Source of the DNA: Eledone cirrhosa
Taxonomy: Eukaryota
Direction: 5' to 3'
Assembly (NCBI GenBank): GCA_964016885.1
Contig: OZ024746.1
Coordinates: 54,560,001 to 54,624,000 of the forward strand
Length of the DNA: 64,000 bases
A program made the translations under genes and the position numbers. How positions within the stretch are numbered: the stretch's first letter is position 1; every line of letters starts with the position of its first letter. Shown one piece after another: positions 53,349 through 64,000 of the stretch. Under the pieces are notes generated by a model. It was not told where the DNA came from, did not search any database, and was given only the letters and a program-made list of their open reading frames with translations.

Positions 53349-55274
53349 GAGCTTCTAGCCCCATATTTACACCCCCCCCACACACACGCACGCACACACA
53401 CACACGCTTACACCTCCACTTATTCTCTCTCACACATACACACACAAAACCAGTTCTAACACGAAATAACACCTATCCCACACATTTACGAATAGACATA
53501 TCTTCTCACACTCACACACACACACACTCACATACTTACACCTTCATGCATTCTCCCACACACTTAAACAGGCATGTATATAAAAAACAAAAAAACAACA
53601 GAAAAAACAAACCCTTTTTAAAGGGAGACTACTCTTTATCCACCTAATCTTAACTCTTTGACATTAGAGATAGAACAGATACTCTAAACCATTTCCTGTC
53701 AGCATGACTTGGCAAGCAATTTAGAACACTGGTTGACAATTTTACTTCGCTCTGAAGAAGAGATATTATCTCGAAAATTAAGGACATTTAAATAAATCTA
53801 AGGTAAAAGACTAATTGTCAACAATATCTTTTGCATTTGCATTCTTTATTCTATGTCCATACCTGCATTGTTTTGGCTTTATTATACATATACAAACGTT
53901 TATACCTCATTACACAATGCTTCACGTGAACTATAACCTCCTCTATATATATATATATATATATATACATACATGCATATATGCATACATGTCTATGTAT
54001 GTATGTGTGTATGTACGTAATGTAGGTATGCATGTATGTTTGCATACATACATATTTGGTGAGAGAAAGTGGAATATATATCGTAGGGGATTAGTGTCTT
54101 TGTGGGTGAGAATTGATCTCTGGACTACCCTAGTGATATTTAACTTTGCCATGCAATCAGACATGCAATGACCCAGAACTTACCAGGAGTCATATATAGA
54201 AGTGATTCTAATAAGAACCTGCCAGGTCCTGCGGGTGGACTACACTTACAAAGATCATTGATTTGGAGATCTGATTCTTCATGTGGAATGTCCGGTGGGG
54301 GCACTCTATGATAGAAGGTAATCATCCTAATATGAACACCTTTAGTACTTCTTGATAGACTACACTCTAATTTATAGATAAGATACTTAAATTTAGAAAT
54401 TGTTTATAACCTTATATGATGGGAACTCATTTGAGACACCATTAATGTACTTTAGGATAATAAATTTAGCTATAGAAATCAGCTAGTTACTTCCCCTTAC
54501 GCATTAACTCCCCTTACGCATACACACTTCCGGAATATAATACGATGTCATCTCTCACAACAAAAACAACCTGCACTATATAATCGAATTAAAGAACGAC
54601 AATCTGTGATATGATAGCATGGTTCACCAGGCACCCGATTTTGAATCATCGTGGATTGTGAGATGAACATGTAGTCTATAAATTGCGTTTCCTGGATTGT
54701 GAGAGTGGTGGTGTGTACGAGGACAGTGGTGCTGTTTTGCTTCTCATTTGTAATATTTTTGATATTTTTGGTGTTTCTCCACACACGGGCTTCTATATGG
54801 TACAGGTGTGTGTGAATAATGCTTTACCAGTTCAGCCCCCATGATGCTCTTGATTGCCTGCTTTAACTGCTTGTTTTACTTGTAACAATCTGCCGCCCTA
54901 TAATCTTGTATAAATAGGAAACTCGTGCATGCCATACGTGTGACTGTTGCATACACTGGCTACTCCAAACTTTCCTTTTGCTTTATCTTAGTAGACTGCC
55001 AATGTCTTATTTTAATTTTAATTTTAATCTTAACTTTAATTTTGTCCTTTAATATGACTGTAATCTTTGTATGTAAATTACCATGCTACATTATTATAAT
55101 GGATGTCAACCCACTGTGGGTCAATATATACATATGTTTCTATATGTCTCTTGTGTTGAAAAGGAGGTCAAGTATGTAAAAAATCACTGAATAATTGCTC
55201 CGTAGACTCCAAACCTCGGTTTGGAGGAAACGATTGTAAGCAAATAAATGATTTAAACAGAACTTTGTTTCATG

Positions 55275-55429
<155 letters not shown>

Positions 55430-55560
55430 GGAGGTGAGTTTTATTGTATCACAATAAAGCAATGCAAATATCGGATAAGTAGCACTCTACAGTTTGTAGG
55501 ACTGGAGTATAAATGGTATAAGATCAAAAGATGGTACTTTTTTAACCATCTTTTGATCTC

Positions 55561-55633
<73 letters not shown>

Positions 55634-56066
55634 GCAAGGATACGGTCTAATCACTGCAACCAGTAAATGAATACCAAATATAGAATATGGAATATGTATT
55701 TATACATATGAGTGTGTGTATATATATATATATTTTTTTTTTCAATGTCTTGGAACTTAGTCCATGCTTTGCTTTTTTCCATCCACTGAATTATTTTTGT
55801 ATAAGTTCCCTGTGTCCACGCATTGCCTGGGAACTTAGCTGAGAATAGACTTCCCTGATGCCGAAAGGATTTGTCCATGTTGTTCCATTCGGAAACCATG
55901 TTTATCCCTTTCAGAAACTAATTAGTTGGAGTGAAATTTTAGTAAGTTAATTTTTATAATTTTCTTACTTTACGTCTTTCATATATATGTATATATATAT
56001 TCATGAATAGACGTATGTGTGTATGTACTAATGTATGCATGTATGTATGTATGTATGTATATGTGT

Positions 56067-56128
<62 letters not shown>

Positions 56129-56218
56129 GTATAAATATATATATATGTATATATATACATACACACACACACACACATATATATATATGTATATATATAT
56201 GTATATACACATGCACAC

Positions 56219-56249
<31 letters not shown>

Positions 56250-56255
56250 CATACA

Positions 56256-56291
<36 letters not shown>

Positions 56292-56697
56292 CAACTGTAC
56301 ACATGATATGTACGAAATACTTTGTGACATTCAGCTTGAAGTAATGTGCTTTTAATCCGGATTTTCCATTTCAAACGGATAATCCGTACCTTATTAGTTT
56401 AAAATATCAGGAACCTCAATTTCTTTTTTGTTTTTGTCTAATCGATAATCTCCCTTACCCCATCTTATACCATCTTAAATTTCAATTCTTCTGGTTTCTT
56501 TCCTCATCCTCTCTGTCTTTCTCCCCCTTTTCATTCTATCTCCTATCTTTCTTTCCCTTTGCGCCATCCATACCTAACTCTCTTTTTCTTTCTATTTCTC
56601 TCACACTCACCCACTAAGCTTTTCACTCTGAAAACCTTCCTCACCTCTCCTTATCACTTTCACTCTTTCAATGTCTGCACATGTCTAATATATGTGG

Positions 56698-56776
<79 letters not shown>

Positions 56777-56790
56777 TATATAATATATAT

Positions 56791-56822
<32 letters not shown>

Positions 56823-56825
56823 AAT

Positions 56826-56907
<82 letters not shown>

Positions 56908-56929
56908 AATATATATATAAATCATATAT

Positions 56930-56960
<31 letters not shown>

Positions 56961-57285
56961 AATATATATCTATATATAATATATATATTATATAAATATA
57001 TATATATATATATAAATATATATATAAATATATATATATAAATATATATATAAATATATATATAAATATATATATAATATATATATAAATATATATATAA
57101 TATATATATATATATTTATATATAAATAATATATAAATATAATATATATATATATTTATATATATAAATATATATATAAATATAATATATATATATTTAT
57201 ATATATAAATATATATATAAATATATATATATATTTATATATATAAATATATATATATATATTTATATATATAAATATATATATA

Positions 57286-57330
<45 letters not shown>

Positions 57331-57428
57331 ATATTTATATATATAATATATATATATATATTATATATATATATATATATATAATATATTATATATATAT
57401 ATATTTATATATATAAAATACATATATT

Positions 57429-57476
<48 letters not shown>

Positions 57477-57543
57477 TATTTATATATATAAATATATATA
57501 TATATATATTATATATATATATATTTATATATATAAATATATA

Positions 57544-57612
<69 letters not shown>

Positions 57613-57628
57613 TGTATATACCACGTAC

Positions 57629-57670
<42 letters not shown>
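56698..57670. repeat. ~1-kb imperfect (TA)n tract
   Basis: Direct reading. Confidence 0.9.
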
Positions 57671-57676
<6 letters not shown>

Positions 57677-58094
57677 GTTAAAGTGTACATCTACATATGT
57701 ATACGGAAGTCTAGTATGCATATAAATACACACATGTATACATATGTACATGTACTGAGTTGTTCACTAGACACTTTACAGTCAGTGTCCAGCTAGTCTG
57801 TATGTAACCACACAGACGGACCGGGTTTTAGAGTCATACGAGTTTTCAAGGAAACACATTTCCTCTATTCTCCAGAGAGCTAGACAGGAATATTGGACTA
57901 GTTTCGATGTATTACATCTCATCAGCAATATATACCCATCTTCGGCTTCTCTAGAGAATTGTAAAAGACTAGCTGGACATTCACTGTAAAGTGTCTAGTG
58001 AAAAACTCAGTACAGTACATATGTATACATGTGTGTATTTATATGCATACTTGTACTTCCGTATACATATGTAGATGTACACTTTAACTTAATT
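57671..58094. mobile_element. Fold-back element (~128-bp arms) with an HHR in the loop
   Basis: aattaagttaaagtgtacatctacatatg... pairs with ...catatgtagatgtacactttaacttaatt. Confidence 0.88.
57890..57931 (-). ncRNA. Intact minimal hammerhead ribozyme
   Basis: AUAUUG-CUGAUGA-GAUGU.aau.ACAUC-GAAAC-UA-GUC-CAAUAU; perfect stems I and II, palindromic ACUAGU stem III. Confidence 0.88.
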
Positions 58095-58160
58095 GTTTAA
58101 GCGTCTGTCATACAAAAGTGAGTTAGAAGCGAAACGAAATTTAATTCGTTTCGTTATTTG

Positions 58161-58230
<70 letters not shown>

Positions 58231-58261
58231 TGTATATACCATATGTATATATATAGATGTA

Positions 58262-58842
58262 TATACCACGGAGGAAGATAGGAAGACGATACATTGGTTC
58301 GTGGAAACGTTCCCTGGCAAAGAACGGAGGAGCGGTGAAAACATTAGGCGCATCCTCGGTTGAGCGCTCTATTGACTTATATTCATCATGCAGAAACACC
58401 ATCTGAATATTTCTACAAAGTACATACCCGTACCAAGCAGGAAATTATACCTAAAACTCCTGATACAGAAAACAGAAGCGTTCATTAAAAGGTTGCGCTG
58501 GCGTGCCTTTTTTCGATAATCCGCGAAAAGCAGACAGCAAACAGGATAAATTTGGGTTTAAAACCTATAATAACCCCAAGTGTAACCCAGCATTGCTACC
58601 CTCGAAAATGATATCTTGGAACTCATACGGAGTATCAAATTTCGGAATAGGAGCAATTCCTTCAGCAGGACCTGAAGAATAGAATTCGTTCTATTAAGGA
58701 TTCAAATACCGTGCATGTCCATCTCCGACAAAACTGGCAACCTATATCAAGTGGATCGCAGTAATTACCATCAACTACTACATAATGCTGTAAATAAGGA
58801 TTACTGTAAAACTAATCCGGTGCGTCATCAATGAAATCAACG
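58262..58842 (+). pseudogene. PLE N-terminal fragment (probably the WFNPP-type lineage)
   Basis: STKYIPVPSRKLYLKLLIQKTEAFIKRLRWRAFF, then frameshifted FGFKT and DKTGNLYQ; flanked by (TA)n. Confidence 0.75.
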
Positions 58843-58950
58843 ATATATATATAATATATATATATTATATATATATATATATTATATATATATATATTAT
58901 ATATATATATCTATATATTATATATATATTATATATATATACATATATTA

Positions 58951-59009
<59 letters not shown>

Positions 59010-59025
59010 ATATATTATATATATA

Positions 59026-59068
<43 letters not shown>

Positions 59069-59165
59069 ATTATATATATATATATATTATATATATATAT
59101 ATATATATAATTATATATATATATATTATATATATATATATATTATATATATATATATATATATG

Positions 59166-59211
<46 letters not shown>

Positions 59212-59395
59212 ATATATATATGTTATATATATATATATGTTATATATATATATATATATGTTATTATATATATATATATATATGTTATATATATATCATA
59301 TTATATATATATTATATATATATATATGATATATATATATATTATATATATATATATGTTATATATATATATATTATATATATATATATATATAT

Positions 59396-60020
59396 AAACG
59401 GAAAAAAAATGAAACGATAATTTCATTTCCCACTCTTAGTACGGCTGTTACTTAATATAAGTATGTACACGTACATACATATATGTATACAGACGTAGAG
59501 TAGTATGCATATATATATATATTCATACATGTACACATATATATATGCACGTATGGATTCACCGAACATTTATTATAATGCTCGGTGTGTTTGTAAACAA
59601 ACATCCCGTATTAAGCCGTAGTGTCTAGCACCCACCGTTGCTCGTTTGTTCAACACTGACAAAGGAACGCTGTACTAGTTTCAAGCTTGTTAGCTATCGT
59701 CAGCAACGTATACCTTCCTGCAGATTGTTGAACGTAATATACTTACCTTATGCATATTAACGGTTGAGTAGCCCTATTTGCCCATCGAGTGGGTTAATCG
59801 GCCGTGTGCACCCGAAAACGATAAACGGAAAAAATGAAAACGATATTTCATTTCCCACTCTTAGTACGGCTGTTACTTAAATATAAGTATGTACACGTAC
59901 ATACATAATGTATACAACCGTACAGTAGTATGTATATATATATATACATACATGCACACATATATGTATGTACGTATAGATTCACCGAACATTTATTATA
60001 ATGCTCGGTGTGTTTGTAAA
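59396..60020 (-). mobile_element. ~425-bp non-coding HHR unit with ~200-bp terminal redundancy (retrozyme-like)
   Basis: 59396-59598 is repeated at 59822-60020 with a single HHR between; (TA)n flanks. Confidence 0.82.
59668..59708 (-). ncRNA. Intact minimal hammerhead ribozyme
   Basis: CGUUG-CUGACGA-uAGCU.aaca.AGCUu-GAAAC-UA-GUA-CAGCG. Confidence 0.82.
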
Positions 60021-60204
60021 TATATATATGTGGAATATATATATATATAATATATATAATATATATATAATATATATATATAATATATATATATAATATA
60101 TATAATATATATATAATATATATAATATATATATAATCTATATTTAATATATATAATATATATATAATATATATAATATATATATATATGTATATATATA
60201 TTAT

Positions 60205-60455
60205 ATAGTTATGTAATAAACAACATAAGGCAATTATTCCATTTACCAGTGGTTTCTTAAAAGCAAACAATTGTGCTTAAATCATCAGAATGAAAAAATC
60301 CTGGTATATTTATTGATATTGGATCAATATCAATAAATATCCAATATCAATAAATATACAAGGATTTTTTCATTTGTGATTGAAAGCAAAATTTGTTGCT
60401 TTAAGAAACCAATGGTAAATGGAATAATTTCCTTATTTCTTTATTACATAACTAT
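60205..60455. mobile_element. Fold-back element with an HHR in each arm (intact at 60240-60292, minus)
   Basis: Reverse complement CAUU-CUGAUGA-uuuAAGCA..UGCUUuuaa-GAAAC-cacug-GUA-AAUG; the right-arm core is mutated (tgtgattg). Confidence 0.8.
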
Positions 60456-60519
60456 TAAGCTCTGTTACCTACGTAGAGCACTCTTTTTTCCTGAACTTTT
60501 CCGACGGAATTACTTCATT

Positions 60520-60603
<84 letters not shown>

Positions 60604-60610
60604 ATATGTT

Positions 60611-60652
<42 letters not shown>

Positions 60653-61299
60653 GTAATATATATATATTATATATATATATATATATGTAATATATATATA
60701 TATATGTATATATAAAATATATATATATATGTAATATACATATATATATGTATATATAAAATATATATATATATGTATATATAAAATATATGTATATATC
60801 TATATGTATATATCTAATATATATATATATATATGTATATATATAATATATATATATATATGTATATATATAATATATATATATATATGTATATATATAA
60901 TATATATATTTATATATATGTATATATATATATGTATATATATATATGTATATATATATGTATTTATATATATTATATATATATATATATTATATACACA
61001 TTTATAGAGTAACCAATCTTAAAGAGAGAGATGGAGATAGTAGAGGAGATATGAGAGGAGAGATTGGTGAGTTAGTTAGAAGCCAAAGCGTAAAGGCATA
61101 TGCTCAATCTGCAATATGCAGTAGAAAGCAGCTAGGTGGCTGGGTTCATGCGGAAGTTTGGTGCGCATAGCTGGAAATATTCATTAGTTAAGCAAAGAAG
61201 ACCACAAATTTCACAAGGAAGACAGTATTAAAAGATTGTCAACATATTTTAGTTTGATGTAAGGAATGTAGAGAATAATAATAATAATAATATTAATAA

Positions 61300-62667
61300 T
61301 AATAATGTCCGTTTACAATCGTTTCGCTACTCCATATAATATTTTTGGATCAGATGACTATCATAATTGATCTGGTTCAGTTGAAAATAATTAACATATT
61401 TAAAAAACTATCAGATGGCTATCATAATTGATCTGGTTCAGTTGAAAATAATTAACATATTTAAAAAACAGAGTGGCTCATCGGAACTTCAAAGGAATAT
61501 AAATTAAAATAATGGGATAATGTTACATAATATAATGTTCCATATATTGGTTTTTACTATGGTGTCTTGGTTGCATCAGTTGTCAACCATAATCAATCAG
61601 TATTCATCTGTCGAGGCTGCATTGTGTGAGATCTGCCTATGGGTAACAAGATGGCTTCCAAAGGGCATATTTACCTTACTAATTAGAGGGTGGTTTCAGG
61701 GGAAGTAACTAATCGAGAGATTAGAAATTGTGAGTGTTTATAGTTAAGTGCTAATTTTTAAATTTTTTAATTGAGAGACAATGTAGGGGAGGTAACTTAT
61801 AATTATCGAGTTGTTCATAGCAATTTAACTTATTAGCTACAAGTAAAAATGGGGTTACATGACTAAGTTGGGTTAAAAATACTATTGGCGAAGGAATTAG
61901 CCCTTCGATGTTGACAGCTAATGGATAGCTCCGTTCTATCATTAATCGGTAGAGGTCGAGATAGAGTTATTTAATATGCTTCCGTAATACAGAGATCACA
62001 AGATTTTCTTCATACATTGAACGGTTGGGCCATAGCCACGATATCCCATTTTAGTGAGTGTTGAACGTTGTTTAATTTAAGGTTTTTAATGAGCCTAGCT
62101 AGCGATGTCGAACATCTGTTGCTAGGGTCTCGGAAGAAAAAAGAGTGCGCGTTATAGCGTAACTTAAAAGGGTTAGAGGTAGACCCGATATAAGAGCTGG
62201 TATTCGAGGCAGTCTCAAGCGTGCACCTATAGACTATGTTGGGTGTCAGGCAGTGTCCATTTAATGGGCATGCATTAGGGTAACGGCAGTTGCAGTTGCT
62301 TCTCCGGTTAGTGAGAGTAGGGTAGTTTAACCTAAGCGGCAGGTCAGTGGTAGAAGGATTAGATGGGGGAGGTGTGCTACTAGAGTAATTATTGGTGTAG
62401 TGGCGTGGTGTATTTGATAGGTGTGGTGGTACCGCTGTGTGGGAGTTATACTGTCTTAGCTTATGATATGTTACTGAACGCGATGTGTTTAGCTAGGTTA
62501 GGTGTTGTGGAGAATGAGATTTTAATGTTATTTTTATTAAAGAGTTTGTTATATCTATGGTTGGGGGGGGGGGGGGTTTGGATAATATAGAGAAGAAGCG
62601 TTTGGGGATATTAGTGGCTAGATTAGATGAGAATGGGGGGTTGATCCAGGTGATATTTCTAGGTCTA
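61300..62667 (-). mobile_element. PLE 3' fragment (WFNPP-type) with GIY-YIG and pLTR
   Basis: [11 protein letters not shown]; CNCRYPNACPLNGHCLTPNIVYRC...YIGSTSNPFKLRY...CDLCITE; split HHR at 61311-61487. Confidence 0.85.
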
Positions 62668-63246
<579 letters not shown>

Positions 63247-63284
63247 CGTAAAATAAGGAAATTTTAAAAAAATAAAAAAAATTC

Positions 63285-64000
63285 TCCTACTGTCCAGCTC
63301 CCATTAGCGGAACCAGCAGGCGACACCGCCGCTCACGCAATGTAACATGGTTCAATCCTTCCCACAACGCCGAGGTGACAACTCCCACCGGGAAAATTTT
63401 TTTTAGGCTCATTGAAAAACACTTCCCACCACAACACCGCTACCACAACATAATTAACCAAAATACCATCAAACTCTCTTACAGCACTACACCTAACTTC
63501 GCACAAAACATCGTCTCCTCCAACAACAAAAAACTCAACCCCGATGGAAGAAACAACCTAAATAGCAGTGGAGAGCCGACCAGGAGGTTCAACTGTCCTG
63601 ATAGATCCAGTTGCCCCCTCGACAACAGATGCAGAGACCGTAATGTAATCTACCAGTGCAACGCGAGCACGGACACCTCCAACAAAGCTTATATAGGATT
63701 AACCGCATGTGACTTCAAGACCCGGCTATACTAACACAGACATACCTTCCGAAACCCGGCCCGGCCTCACGCCACTACACTTTCGGGCCACATATGGGAC
63801 CTCAACGACAACAACATCAACTAGCATCTGACTTGAAAATTACTGTCCAGAGCCAACTCTTACACTGGAGGACGCCGTCCGTGCAATTTATGCTCGGAGG
63901 AAACTTTACAAATGTTGTTTTCGACGGACCAACTCCTAAACAAGAAAGATGAACTGGTTACTGCATGTAAACACCGATTACGTAGGACTTACCTCGCCCT
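63285..64000 (+). pseudogene. PLE 3' fragment (WFNPP-type), GIY-YIG; runs off the window
   Basis: RNVTWFNPSH, LIEKHFP, TIKLSYS, FNCPDRSSCPLDNRC..NVIYQC..YIGLT..FKTR, CNLCSEE, LLNKKDEL; in-frame stops. Confidence 0.88.

Larger units (their letters stand above)
49798..53944. mobile_element. PLE insertion 3: inverted 3' segment (49798-51140, -) + partial tandem (51140-53944, +) with three pLTR copies
   Basis: pLTR at ~49800-50380 (-), ~51490-52070 and ~53350-53944; both ends abut (TA)n. Confidence 0.93.

Noticed and set aside
54640-54730. TIQETQFI resembling the T-box FPETQFI motif
   Set aside because: No other T-box residues flank it; likely chance.

Overview
Eukaryotic, very AT-rich, repeat-saturated DNA. 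The SINE families and the (TA)n/(CA)n/(AAT)n load suggest an octopus-like cephalopod (inference). I found no intact host gene, rRNA, tRNA or CRISPR array, and most ORFs in the track are microsatellite read-throughs. Recognisable content: (1) a near full-length CR1/L2-group LINE (13.5-17.9 kb, minus) whose ORF1 combines a Myb/SANT-like head, polyQ and two CCCH zinc fingers, plus an inverted 1.8-kb sister copy; (2) at least four distinct lineages of Penelope-like elements (PLEs; RT + GIY-YIG), three of the insertions with outward-facing inverted pseudo-LTRs; (3) 3' fragments of L1/Tx1, R4/Dong and CRE-like LINEs; (4) non-autonomous Helitrons; (5) about 20 tRNA-derived SINE copies; (6) several minisatellites. 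The most striking signal is a dense population of short non-coding elements built around minimal hammerhead-ribozyme (HHR) motifs. Some are fold-back palindromes (tail-HHR/HHR-tail) and some are 420-620 nt terminally redundant units, and nearly all sit in (TA)n tracts. They look like a PLE-driven, microsatellite-targeted system of non-autonomous ribozyme retroelements. All coordinates were read by eye and boundaries are approximate; nothing was searched or folded computationally.
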